Part shown: positions 1-13,792 of the stretch, one piece after another
How the letters are laid out: each line of letters begins with the position of its first letter
Numbering within the stretch: the stretch's first letter is position 1
Source: Trichoplax adhaerens
Lineage: Eukaryota > Animalia > Placozoa
Assembly: GCF_000150275.1 (NCBI RefSeq)
Contig: NW_002060943.1
Coordinates: 8,316,066 to 8,380,065 of the forward strand
Length of the DNA stretch: 64,000 nt
Direction: 5' to 3'
Notes under the pieces: generated by a model
The model's input: the letters and a program-made list of their open reading frames with translations, nothing else
Databases searched by the model: none
Told to the model about the DNA's origin: nothing
Made by a program: the position numbers and the translations under genes

Positions 1-705
1 TTTATCGTTGTATTCGACTGTTGCACCTTATTGGATCGACTGAGTTACATTGATTTTTGTACTTCTGACTTGTTGCATCTTTATGGTAGTACAGTAGTTA
101 AAGAGTGAATTTCTATTTTCATTTGATGTTATTCTTCAATAGTTCCGTCTCTAGTTTAATACTAATGTGTACTGTTTACGCACTTCGTGTATCTGATGTT
201 AACATCGCATGATGATAAAGTATGTAAACGGAATCGATCAATTTACAGGAACAAGTAATTTGATCGTAAAGACCAATTGAAGTATCGTCAGTGACATCTT
301 TTATTCATTGAGATACTTTTTTTTGACGTTGACCATTTATATGTTGTCGTTCAGTAATAAAAATGTTAATAATGTACTGTAATAATTCATTCAAGCACAA
401 GATGATCAGTTGGTCAAGCATGAAAACTTTCACTCTGTGCAAAGCACAACTGTTGATCTTGTTATTGACCAACTGTGTGTCATTCTAATTACGTTAATCT
501 TTGCTAGTTACTGGCAAATTATCCAGAGATTATACGAAAATTCAATGGACACATTTAAATTGTCCGGTAGCGAAGTAATCATAATTTCTTATAAACTACC
601 ATCGACACACAATCAAAATTATACAATTAAACTCCTTTATAGTGGACAATACTCATTGGTATTATTACCTAAAACAAAGCTATCAGCGTAGGCATTATAG
701 TGCCA

Positions 706-3700
706 ATGATGTGTACAGATGGAAATTTGCGCTACTTTGAAAGTAATGATAGGATTGACAGAAATATTTAAAAACTATTATTTCACTTTGCATCGTGTTT
801 AGTAATTGATTTGAGCATATTGGAATACTAGATTTTGTTTTAATCTTTAATTTGAATTACTAATGCAATTTCATAACTTTGATGAATCTCTCCTGTCATG
901 GGCATACGAGGTACTACCGTATGCTCTTACTTAGTAGTATACAAGTGTGCGTGGAAATGTTTACTAACAATACAAGGAACATCTTAATGAATCGTGACCA
1001 TGTTGTTTTATCATTAATAAATATGTATACTGTAGTTTGATGGTGTACTCGTATATCAATTTCAAGCTCTTGCAATAACATACTGTACTGTACAAATGCA
1101 TAACCTTACAGTATCTACAAAAATCATCTACAGTATTGTAAAATAGTTCACCACATCCACTTAACTTGTGTACAGTATGTGTACAGTTAATGCATTACTT
1201 AACTGGTACTTTGAAGCTCTCTCATTTTAAAAAGTATTTAACCTCTCATTGATATCTTTGTTGTGCTACAACTTATCGTATCATTCAATATTGGTATCAT
1301 GATTACGTGCGGTACAGTACTAACTGCTATTTAGGAACTGTAGTCAATTTTGCAAAAGCTTTTCTGCTCAGATTCGTGGAAACTATGTAATTTTACGCAT
1401 ACTCTTTCATTATCGTACCCTAACATACCCATAAATTACAGTATTTTATTAGTGTGTGTAGTAATCTCGAATTTATAGACGTGACAGTATTACGTGCTGT
1501 TAGTGACTACCGTGATGACTGTTAAGTATTTTACTTACATTTTTACTGGTATTGATCAAATTTCCATGAAACGGCTTAAACTTATATTAGTCTCGTTTGT
1601 TCCATCCTTCTGTTTGATAGTACTATTACTTGGTCACTCTGACTCTGGAAAGAAGGAACTTTATTCCTATTTTAATAAAGATTCTCCTAAGGTAGACTTT
1701 ATTAGTACGATTGGCGTAGACTATGCCGTGAAAAGTGTCAAAATCGGTTTCAAATTGGTAAAGGCTCAAATTTGGGATACCGGTAACTGATGATAGCTAG
1801 TCAGTAGCTTTATTATGTTCTATATACGTGTACTACCTGTAGTACTATCGAAATACATTGGATCTTCATTAATTCCTTCCGTGAAATATTTCGATGGATA
1901 GACATAGTAACCCTCTAACATATCACAGAACAATAATTGATCTGGTGCTAATGAAACGATAGTTCTTTCTTTGATTATCTCTTGTTAGTATCGATTGATA
2001 AAGTTTAGTAGCTCTTGCATACTGTGACTTTGTATATTAGAGGATGCATGTAGACGTTTACATTTAAAATTTTTTTACATCAAATATATAGTATTTCGGA
2101 ATAAACGGTAGTTTAAATACTCCTCCTCTTGTCCAAACCTATCAATTATTAGAGGAGTTCACTACCACAGCTGATTATGCACCTACATAGAAATATCATT
2201 TACAGTAAATTACAGATACCTTTCAGTAATTTCAAGTTTAAAGAATGATTTCTTTTATACGAGTATATCAGTTTTTTATAGCGATGATTTGTTTAAAAAT
2301 AACAGGATTGTTTTTATTGAAATCATCAGCTGTACTTCTTTTTATAGAGAGTAAATGCTAACTGTATAAAATTGTAAAAGTGTATGAGCGTAAATTACAC
2401 TTCCAATTTGAAATATTTATAATTTTGCATTTGCATTTTAGTTTATCAAGACCAATTGAAAGCAGTTAGAAGCCCGTAAGTGAATTAAATTATTTTTAAC
2501 ACTATTTCAGCCTAACTTACAAAGTATACTGTATGCGTCATACCGTCAATGTAAATAATTTTTATGAGCCAATCATGCGATACTAACATTCAGTACTGCG
2601 TATCTGGCCCCTAGGTATTATTTTCGAGGAGCAACTGGGGTTATTTTTATATTTGATGTTACCAAACGTCATACGTACGAAAATATTAGAGATTGGTTAA
2701 ATGACTCTTATGTCTACGGCGATAATAAATTGGTAACCTTATTAATTGGAAATACGAGCAAATATAATGAAGGAATGGAAAGAGCTGTGTCAAAAACTGA
2801 AGTAAAGTTTGGTAATCAGATTGAGCTATTAATTTCTGATAGCTAAGAGTAGTTTAACACTATGCTTATGTACTGTACATATAACAGAGAAATTGTCTAT
2901 TTTGCCATCAAAATATAAATGGGAGTGTAAGGATGCCTTTCAACTTTATTATCATTGCTGAATATCTGTAATGATTATGCATTCCTACTTTTAGAAAATA
3001 AAACTTCGTATTATGTGGAAACATGCATTTCTGACACTACTATTGTCGAAAGTGCATTCCAACGATTTATGGCAGGTATGATGAAATCAACTCTTATCAA
3101 ATTGTATAGGCTATAGAAATCATCGATTACGGATGCTGATCAGTAAATGCTGGTCTGGATAACATAGATTGAGCCCTTTCTTTCTATTTATAAGCTAAGC
3201 AATACTGTACATTAAATTCAGATTGCTAATATAAACTGTTATTGTCTTGACAGAGATTTATCGAAAGCAGGTAATTCGCCGCTGAGTAGGAGGATACGCG
3301 TATGATTAAACTCATTTGGCACATTTATCGTCTCCTAATGTGTAGAAATTGTGGTTGTTGGCTATTGTATTAATCATAATATTACCGTAGTATATAAATG
3401 TTGAATATTTAATGCTAACATTGTATGTTTTAATTTTTTCGTGTAGTTCGTTCATGCTATTGAGAACTCACCATTAAAATTCCATGCTCCTTTTAAAGGT
3501 ATTCTATTTAGCGATGCATTTATGATTCGATTTTACGAGATCTTGTACGATACTACTGTAGGTATCTTAATTTAATTGATACTCTAATTATAAGTATCAT
3601 GTCACGGTTTTCGATATGCCATTGAGTATATCTTTATCCAAGCGATGATTACTGTATAGATCAATATATTAGCCTAGGATATAAAATTCTCCACCAACAG

Positions 3701-5301
3701 AGTATTAATGCTAATGAACTGTAATCGTTTATTCAACCTTAGTATTATTGCTCGGTGATCCTGACTGTGAAAAATTAGATCTATACTCACAATTTGAAGG
3801 TGGTAACGTCCACACTGATTACGGTAGTACCGTTGGTGTAGACTTTACTTTCAGAAATATGCACATTGATGGTAAAATTGTTGAAGTACAAATTTGGTAT
3901 ATTAGTAAGTATCCCATATTATTTGCAGGATCATACTTGGCAGTATAAATATTGCTCATATAACAGCTTTCATTCCTGTAAAGTATCTTAATGTGGTATT
4001 AACTCTAATCGTAACAACTATAATAATTTATTTACTATATAATTATAGTGCAAATTAAATATATTTGCTACTGTTGTATGTAATTTATTATTAATAATAA
4101 TGATATTCTTTACAAAAAATTACAGCAAGTCAAAACAGATTTAGAGGACTTTATAGTTCGTAAGTATTAATAAGTAAACACTATCTATTACCCAATTTTT
4201 CATTTTCTAGAAAAAATAGTATGAAGCGTATCCTTAGCTTCTACTTTGAAGATATTACTATTGCGAAATTACGGTAGTACTAATTATTGTCTTTGCAATA
4301 TAGATATTATCGTAGTGCTGCAGGTGCATTATTGATTTATGATGTTACTAAACGGCACACTTTCCATAACGTCCGTAATTGGGTTCATGATATGATGGCA
4401 GATGCTGATGAAAATATCGTGACATTATTACTCGGTAACACCAGCACATGCAATAAAGATAATACTAGAGCGGTATCAGAGAAAGAAGCTAACAAATTCG
4501 CAGGTATTGCAAATTTTGGAATTAGTACCCTATAGTTATGATTACAGTTTAATTTTGATAGTGAACCATGATATAATCTGAATCAATTAATTACTACATT
4601 ATGAAATTTAACAGAAGGAAATGTTACATTCTTCTCTGAAATATCAATTTTGGATAACGTTGCGATTGAAAATTTATTCCGAAATTTTGTGTCAGGTACT
4701 TCTATAGCGTAATTATATAATAATTACGTCATTATTTATCGCGCTATTGCTTGCAAAAAACCCAATTACTAACACACAAGCACATCTACAATAAATATCC
4801 ATACAATTATTAGCTAGCGTAAATTACCATTGTACGACCAACAAAAAATTTACCAAATATTGTCACGGATTTCTAACAGTTTTTCTTTTAGTTACAAGTG
4901 GTATACTGTATTACCTTATTCCAATTTGCACTATTTTAGGTATCGTATGTTGGAAAGTATACGCATGATCAAGCTTCTTAATATTTCTATTGATGAGCGA
5001 AAACGTACTGTAGTTTAGTAATTTTTATAAGGATACAATTCGTAATATACGGTAGTTTCGAGTATGCAGTAACTTAGGGGAATTTCTTTGAAGAACGTGA
5101 TAGCACTTTCTTGAACAAAAATGAGATCTTTCGCTTAGATTTCTAATCCTTTTGATGAGAGAAGCTAAATCATGTTAAATAACGTATTTAGAAGCTTTCA
5201 GTATTTTGGCAGACAATCGCTTAAGTTATACTTACTCGAAACTAAATTGTTTTCCGATTTCAGAAATTTATAACCGAAGTCTGCTAAGCAAGAAAACTTA
5301 A
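706..5301 (+). CDS. Tandem double-domain Rab11-like pseudoGTPase (~364 aa); exons (706-742 tentative), 1621-1782, 2442-2475, 2615-2811, 2995-3075, 3254-3270, 3447-3498, 3743-3904, 4126-4159, 4304-4503, 4615-4695, 5264-5301
   Basis: All joins are GT-AG and phase-compatible. Rab11-type segments include STIGVDYAVKSVKIGFKLVKAQIWDT, YFRGATGVIFIFDVTKRHTYENIRDW, YYRSAAGALLIYDVTKRHTF, ADENIVTLLLGN, RAVSEKEANKFAE and EIYRKQ. The two domains have near-identical exon sizes (162/34/197/81 vs 162/34/200/81). The first exon is a guess. Confidence 0.75.
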
Positions 5302-7309
5302 ACTTAATTCACGGATTTTATACTCCTGCGTTACGATTACTATTGACTATTGTCAATTTAACTTATATCTTGCGTACAAATGTAGATTATGTCCAAATCA
5401 TCTGCTGATTAATTATTTATTTTCTAGTATAGACAATGTAAAAATATTAGCTGAATTATGCCTGAGCTACACAACGATTATGGAGACGTATTTTAAAATA
5501 TATAGATAGTACCGAATTTAAAATTAATGTAAGAGAAATGTTTATCATGGCACTTCTTTTAAATATCCTGGCAAATAAATAAATGATATAACTGAAGGTG
5601 ACCATGACTGCAAGAAACCTATCTTTAATCAATTAAGCAACAATTTTTAGTTTTTATGTTACGGTAGCTCTAATTTATTTTACTTATATTTGCGTCTCTT
5701 GCTAAATACCTTAGCTCATATCTTTACGGCAAAATAATATCCATGACTGCATTACCGGGCTTATATATTTTTCTTATATGTCATAAATGTGTATAACGTT
5801 AGCAAATTAAATTAATATCTAATTTTTCATGTGCCGAATTTTTTTGAGGTGCAATTGCCATCCCTATATTTAAGCATTTACTTCGTATATTGAAATAAAT
5901 GAACTTTTGTATTTCCATTTTATTATACAATAATAGCTGATTGCAATGTTTCAGCCGCAGAAACAATCTAACGATGGATGGCTGGCTACTCGTGAGTGTT
6001 ACGATAATCTAGACTACAGGTACTATATTGCAGCTGCGAACTCAGAAAATCAAAGTATAAGGTGAAAGATGATGCCTTTTATTTTTAAAAACGACTGAAG
6101 TGATCATTTGATTACGGAATAGATCCTGATAGCGTATTAAATCGCAACTTATTGCCTTCAAAGTCTAATTACATTATTAACCTAAATTTCTTTACCTATT
6201 TCATTCGATACCGGTATGATAATGCTGTAATCACCATTCGATGGTGAGAATTTTAAATGGTTGCTTAAGAGTTACTATTGTCTCGTATACCATAAATCCG
6301 ATATCAAGTTCTTAGTAAGCGATAGGAAAAGAGCAACATCAAGGCTTTGCAATGAATTAAGTTAATGTCTTGTTTCTGGATACAATGATGATGCGTAAAT
6401 TAGAAGGTTTATATTTCAGCATACATGCTGCAATCAGGTACTATGAGTTTAACTACAGTATGTAGGAGTCTATACAATGTGTTGGTGTAAATGATATTGG
6501 AGCATATAGTTGACGACATAATTATTGGTTTTTACTGTATGTTGGCAATAAGTTAATATTAAAATGTTTTGAAGTAAAGTCCTACTACTGCGATAGCTTC
6601 AGCTGTCCCTTGATAAACTCAGGATTACAAAATAAGAACACATAAATGAATTTATATTGCTTCTAAGCTTGAGACGAGATAATATATAATTTTAAGGAAA
6701 TCAATTCCAAAATAAATGGTACTTTGCAGTTATAGATGATAACAGAAGTAATAAAAAAAAAGTTTGAGATGTTATAAGAGCAAATCAATTGATCAATTGG
6801 CACAGATTGCAGAGTTTACTGTATGATGACAAAATTATCGTTCTATTATTGCTATTTCATGGTATTATTACAATCTGTAAAGTAGATGATAAATTATTTT
6901 TAGAAAAATGATAGGGCAATAGTTATATTCGTAATAAAGTAGTAAATGGATAGAACGCTTCCTTAGTATTTCTATAACTCGTTAATGGATTACAAATTCA
7001 CAAAAAAATAATGTCAAAAGTTCAGGAAATCGAAATGGTTAAACCAGTTTACATATGATAGTCAATAAACTGTAGTTATTTTATTGAAAGTATCAATACA
7101 TGATGTAGTAAACCGATTTTCTGATATAGCAAAATGAAATCATAATAAATTTCATATTTCAGATATTCGATATCTTTTAATCGATTAATTTAGTGATGCT
7201 TTAAAAGCTATATCATTATCATTATGAAATGACGCTGATTTAGCTTGCATGTCACATTGAATGATGTTAATTAATCTTGATGGTTACCAAATTAATTTGT
7301 GTAAGATCG

Positions 7310-10300
7310 TTACGAGTCTTGAAGTGGAGCCGTTAAGAAAGTCCAATCTTCTAATAATGACGTCGATGTAGCATGGGTTAAAAAGTGAAGTTTTAAACTC
7401 TCTTCTAGTGTAAAAACAGATCCAAAGCTAGAAACTTCAATGGAATCATCTAAGAAAGTACTAGTGGATTTTTCCACGAGATAACAAAGGAATTCTTGAC
7501 GCTTACAAATTAACCAATTAGTGACAGCATTCTGGGTTTTAGGTGGCTTATTATTGCTTTTCAACACTTCCGGTCCCCATAAAATAAATCCTAATAATCG
7601 TATCGCTCTTTCGATAGTTAAACGTTCTTCTGGTTTACGGTTTAAAAAAGCGAAAGCAATTCGTTCAATGGATTGAGACAGAGCAGAACGAATAGGTATT
7701 AGTGGTAAATCGCTAATGCGATAATCTTGCATAGCTAATTGAACAGTAGGATCTGCAAAGGGATTATCTAAATGTAACATTTCATAAATGATACATCCAG
7801 CGGCAAATTGATCACAATATTGATAATCCAGTTCAGTTGAAGTTTCATGAACATTAACAATTTCGGGCGGTAGATGTTCTGTATTGCCACCAATATTAGC
7901 TAACGCCGCATTGATGGAAATTTTGAACGGATTTTCAACACCAACTTGATGTAGTGAATAGCTAAAATTGGTTATGGATAACTCCACTGGCGCATAGAGA
8001 TCATCTTGACTTTTAACCAATAGCAAATTATCCAAGGATAAATCACGATGAACAACTTTTACACTATGCAGATATTGCAAGCCGTAACATAATTGCAATG
8101 CTAACATAACAACCGTAAATTCGTATTCTAATGGATGAACATCATGATATCTTACGCAATTATCAACATATTGCTTTACTGTGCAAATAGGCGAACAATC
8201 TAATAGAAGACATGATACTGGATTATTTAGATTGATATTAGTGGTTGAATTACGAACTAAGCTATGCATAGCTAGAGGTAATTTCTCTTTAAAATGTGCC
8301 ACCGTGGTACAGACATTGCGATGATACTGTAATGTTGTACTAACGCGTATATCATGTTTAATCAGGAGTTTTTCTGCAAAATTGGAGACATGATGTTGAT
8401 TCGGTTCGATCTATAAGAGTTGATTCAAATTCATTAGTATGAGAAAATATATCACAGTTCAATATATTATTAACAGGTTGCTTTACTGGATACTTCAAGA
8501 TACAAGTCATTATTACAACGAATTTAAGCTGTTTAAGTTAAACAAGTGGATTTTCAGCTAATATTCAATCTCTAGTGGCTTACCTTGACTGAACCCATAC
8601 ATTCACGATTAACACCGAGATTTTCTTGTCCACTAATTTTAACGCTAATATAGCAACCATGCGGTGTAATTAAGCAAGGTATACGATTATTAATGTCAGC
8701 AATCAATAATAAATCACTCCATTGAATCTTTTGATAGAAGTTGGTATTACGCTCGCTAGCTTTAACTATGGATGGCATAGCTGCTTTTTTCCATTTTTTA
8801 TTCAACTCCGTCATGGTCGCTAACTGCAATTGCGCTAGATAGGAGGTAGAATCTAAATTCGATTTTTGGAAAATTGTGAGCGGTAATGTTTCTGAAATAC
8901 TTTCCCGGGCATTGACATTATAGACCAATTCGGTAGGTACTGTGGGTGATAAAACTGATAGCACAGCATCTGAATCATTTGACTCTATCGCTTCTTCACC
9001 TGCGGCAGAGTAAACATTTTTATCCGTAAATGATAGTACTGTATAAGTCAATAAACTACATCTAGAGAAGATTATGGATAATTTGTTGGTATGTATAGTA
9101 TTACATTGAGTATAACTAGAACAAGTTAGGTACATATAATAATCTTGCTAACCTTGATCGTTAAGCATTGGTGTTAAAAGGCGAACTGGCTTGTTAAGGT
9201 TGGCAAAGAATGAAGTTTCTTTCTTGGTGGAAGCTCCTCCATCGATGAAACTCAAGACTACAAAATTTCTGTTAGCACTATTACGCCGACCTTCAGTAGG
9301 TTCACGTGATGGCTGTTTTTGCTTTTGTATAAACGGTTTTTTTGCCTCTTCTTTCACTTCTTCTTTGGTTTCGTCGCTATCTCCTGCTTGACTGGGTCGA
9401 CGTTTAGCGGAAATAGCTAGCTGTGGGCCCATAACTTTAGATCGGCGAGCGGTTCTTCTTTTCAGTCGTGATTTTATCGGCCTCTCGAAGTCGTACTTGT
9501 CGTTATCCTCCGTAATTATCTTTTGAATTTCTAACGGTTCTACATAATCATCATCGGGTATGATGCTGCTAGAACTCACTGTACTTTTTTTTTGCGATAT
9601 ATCTGCTACTTTACTCGAGGACAATATATTACTATTGCTTTTAATAGTAGAATTATCTGGGAGTTTGAACTGTTTGGATTGTGTGCCACTTGCCTTCCTA
9701 TTAGACGACGACGACGATTCTTTAGTCAAGGTAAGAAATTGTATATCATTACTTTTTTCATCTTGTAATGGCATACTGCTAGATTTTCGAAGTGGGTAAT
9801 AATCTTGAGATTCATCATTCGATAAGTTGCCAGTTGAATGAGAAAGTCCTTTAGCTGCATTTAACGTACTATCTGATCTACTATCAGAATCTTCATCTTC
9901 GCCTTCGTCAGTTTTGTTATCACTACTGTTATTGTGCTTAGCCCGACGTTTTTTAGCCCACTTCCACGGCGCTAACATACCAACAGACAATTTCTTATCT
10001 TTATTTTCTTCCGCGCTATCTACCTGGATTTGTAAGTTATTATTATTAGCTTGGCTATTATTTTGATCTTGTGATATCTGATCTTCGGAGTCGCTATTAG
10101 AAAAGGAATCTAGTCGAACATAGGGACGATTTGCAAATTCTTTGGATTCTGTTGGATCGCTATCCCGAGGTGGCACAGGTGGCAAAGGTCCTTGACGGGA
10201 AGGGGCAATTGTTTGGAAATTTTCTGTAGCTGATTCCGATACTGTAGACGATCCAACATGTAAGTGTTGACCTTGGACTGATTTCAAGATTTTCGCTGCA

Positions 10301-12385
10301 TTACCTTCGGCATTCTTAGGAATTTCAGGCAATTCTCGATTTGAAAATGATTTCGGTTTACCATCTTGAAAGGATCTTAAATCCGAAGTTGATCGTGATG
10401 TAGTGCTACTATTACTCAGGCGGTAAATACTGTCTCCCTTTGGAATTTCCGGCAATTTTCGATTATGTAATGCAACACCTTTCGCACTGTGATCATTGGA
10501 GTCTTCAGTGCGATTTCGATTTCGAGTAGGAATGCCAGTATCTAATAGATTATGAATCGTATTCCTATGTGGAGATGAAGTAGCGACACTTGCACTTCGG
10601 CTCTCTTTTGGAATTTGAGGAAGCTTCCGGTGGACCATAGTATGTGATATCTTTTCTGGTCTTGGGCGCGGTGTATGATAAGTACTTTCAATCGTTTTAG
10701 ATCTTTCCTTGAAAAAATCTTCTTCCTTTGGAAGTAAGCTATCACAACTCCGTATGCTATCCAAGGAACTAGAACTAGTTACACGAGGTCTAGAATTGAC
10801 GCTATCTACCTTAGCTGCAGATACCGCATCAGCTGTTGCGTTAGCTAGATTGGCTACTGCTGTTAAAACTGCAGCTATAAACGAGAATTGAAATAAATGA
10901 TTATGTAAATTTAAGAGAAAATATAAGTTTCCCGATTAATAATTATATTTATATGTGTATGCAACTATACATAAAATTATCGTGGCCAACCTTTATCATA
11001 AACAGGGTTGTCCTTATTTGTATCTAAAAATGGGGGAAAAAAATCAATATAGGTTAGAACCAGTACCATTAATATCGCTTTAGATTCGTTCCGTTGCCTA
11101 ATAAATTTTATTTTAATATTAACTTCAAGTTCTAGCATCTGTTTGCATACTTCAAGGTGAGCGAAGCAGCAAATATTTAACAAACTTTACATGCGCAAAT
11201 GTGAGAAATATTGGTCAGTGTAAAAGTTATACTGGAGGTTGTTGCTATAAACGAACATTTATAATTATAATTAGATCTACATTGAGATCCTACATAAAGT
11301 ATCATTTGAAATAAATATTAATAAGTGCTGTATAATATCTATTTCACCATAGTTTACAAGCATATACGTATCAGTTTGCTTAAGATCAAAATTATCCGGT
11401 CAAGGAACTTTTATTGACGGCAAGTACCAACAGGGTTGTGTTAAAAATGATAAAACAAGAGTACCATAAAATTATGACATTTTCGATGAGATTGCAACAC
11501 TTGGTAATTTTGGGCCACATGATAGGATGAAAAGTTTAAGATCTTTTTATTCTAACCGGAATGACATACAGTAATTGCTAGCGGATCTTTTATTAGAACA
11601 TTTTGCGACATTGAAAGATTTAAATTAAAATGAGTGTTTCACGATACTAAGATAAACTTTTTGATGGAGTATAGTCGCTTATACTAATTAAATTGAACCT
11701 TTAAAATTTTCTGAGTCCGATTAGGTATACAAATTTGTAGATTGATACCATATTATTTAGTGAAGTTGTTTATTACTTTTGTTCTAGTGTTGTATAACTA
11801 TACAAGTTAAAGTACGGTAAGCACATAACAATTTTGACGACTGTCATATAGTTTGGTCTAAATAAAAAAACCTTCAAATTGACAAATGTCAATTAGTAAA
11901 CTTATGATAAACAGTAGCAGAATATTTATCCGTCCTAGCATGCTAGATTAACGTACAAAATGTTAAAATGAAGTGATATAGCCGATTAACTAGATTGGAA
12001 AAGCTTAGCTTGCCTGACATCAGTAGTGACACATTCTATAAATAATATGCGCATTACTATATGGCGCTAATTTGATCGTGATACCAATTAACCTACTAAA
12101 TAACCATCAAACTATTTATGTATTATTATATTATGAATACTCCTACACCATATATTCTATACGAATATTGCTCTAATTTACCTTGTAAACCTGTTTTCAA
12201 CGATTCGGTAAGATTTGTTGTTTGATCGTTTTTTTCAGACATTCTATTTGTACTTCTAATCAAAGGTAGTTTTAATATTTGCTTTAGTTAGTGAACTTCA
12301 TAGCAGAAAGGAATATGAAAATAACTGAAAGTTTCGGATACCTAATAGCAGCAACGTCATCATAAATAGAGGAAGACTGACTCAT
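7310..12385 (-). CDS. PEAK1/PRAG1 (SgK269/SgK223, NKF3) family pseudokinase, ~1131 aa; exons 12385-12342, 12255-12182, 10874-9153, 9038-8584, 8410-7310
   Basis: Kinase fold with LQLCYGLQYLH..VVHRDLSLDNLLL, DFG replaced by NFS, DQFAAGCIIYEMLHLDNPF and LWGP. C-terminal helices NWLICKR...LEESLKLHFL resemble the PEAK SHED module. The long low-complexity N-terminus carries PxxP and YxxP motifs. Exon phases are consistent; the true 5' start is less certain. Confidence 0.85.
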
Positions 12386-13786
12386 CCTGTTTGATATGCT
12401 AGTTATTTCTAATGCAGCGTTTTTAAAATTATCAAAATAGTTCAAGCAAGATGAAAAAATGCGGGTAATTTAATAACACGTCCGCTGCAATAATTTTAGT
12501 ACTATAGTAATACTACCTAAAGTGTGGTACAGTTTCAGTAAAATATTGTAGATTAAAGGCTGGAATTAAATATGTAAAAATTCTGTCATGAAGATGATCA
12601 AATGGTTACTTTAAATAATACTATAGTATCGAGGGGAGAGACAGGGTTATGACGCTTCTCTTTATATGGAGAACGGTGCGAAATGCGTTTGTGTAAGTAA
12701 AATAAACAAACTTCGATTTAGACTATTATTGGACTTCGTATATCCAATGAATATTAATAATTCACGGCAAACGATTGCGTCGTATCAACAATATTGTTTC
12801 AGATAGATAGATTTCTAAAATTGAATATTTCCTATACATATACGTATAACCGCAATATACATATTTAGTATGATTACATGCAGTTCTAGCGAAGTACTCG
12901 TACGCATATAATATATGGCGTTATTGTAGTCATAATCCATTGGGTCGAGAATTACGTTTCTTCAATCGTCTTGTGTGCAAATTCTTTATAAAGTGCGAAC
13001 ATATAATGTAAGCTTCTAAACTCCCTTTTGTTATGATATTACATAATATTTTTTTTAATTTAGACCGATGATATCATCCTAGTAGATAAGCAAAAGTTAT
13101 AATGTCGTCTATCAGAATTTTATATCAACATTTGAATAGAAACCGGTATTCACTCTAAACTGCCATGGTCATTAAATTCATATAGAGTAGATGTAGTAAC
13201 ACCGTATAGTATACTATAGCTACTTAGCTTAAAGGGGGCATTATTAATAATATGAACCTGCACTTTGACCTCTCACTACAGGGAGAAACTAAGTCCAAGA
13301 ATTTTGCCTGCACCAGCATCGAACTAACGCATGCTATACTTATGGAATTTGATATTAAACATTAGCAAATTGAAGCACATTCGTGGATCTGCTTCAAGTC
13401 ATTATTTGAAATTTTAAGCATCTTTTAATCCTTTAGAAGCACTATCGCGTGCCAAATTAAACGATTTCACTAAAAAGACATCGCTCTCAATAACTTTGAT
13501 AATATTCAAGATTGAATTGATGCGAGTATTTCAGTAGCTTACTTGTTAGACATTAGACATCTATCAATAAAGCCTTAGTATCATACTCTTTATCAGAGTA
13601 ACCTGCTGAGTGCGAAGTGTCACCAGGTACACCATTTATAAATGTTCCTCGTATCGCACCGCCAGACACAAGCAAGTATATTTCGCTTTCGCAAAATTTC
13701 AACTTGACTATTATAGCGATATCATTGCATATCGCTATGTACATATACGAAAGTTTACTATTCATATTCGCAGTAAAAAGAGAAAC

Positions 13787-13792
13787 TTTATT
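13787..13792 (-). terminator. Candidate polyadenylation signal (AATAAA) of the antizyme gene
   Basis: tttatt on + strand, ~350 nt downstream of the antizyme stop on the minus strand; such hexamers are common in AT-rich DNA. Confidence 0.3.

Noticed and set aside
410-691. 93-aa ORF and other 60-90 aa ORFs in the AT-rich intergenic DNA
   Set aside because: Non-ATG starts or I/L/F/Y-biased composition typical of random AT-rich frames; no motifs or splice support
7310-8410. Calling the kinase PINK1
   Set aside because: It lacks DFG (has NFS) and a mitochondrial presequence/TM, and has a long disordered N-terminus and PEAK-type motifs
9191-10891. Several short ORFs (9191, 9560, 10542, 10709)
   Set aside because: Antisense or alternate-frame shadows of the large pseudokinase exon
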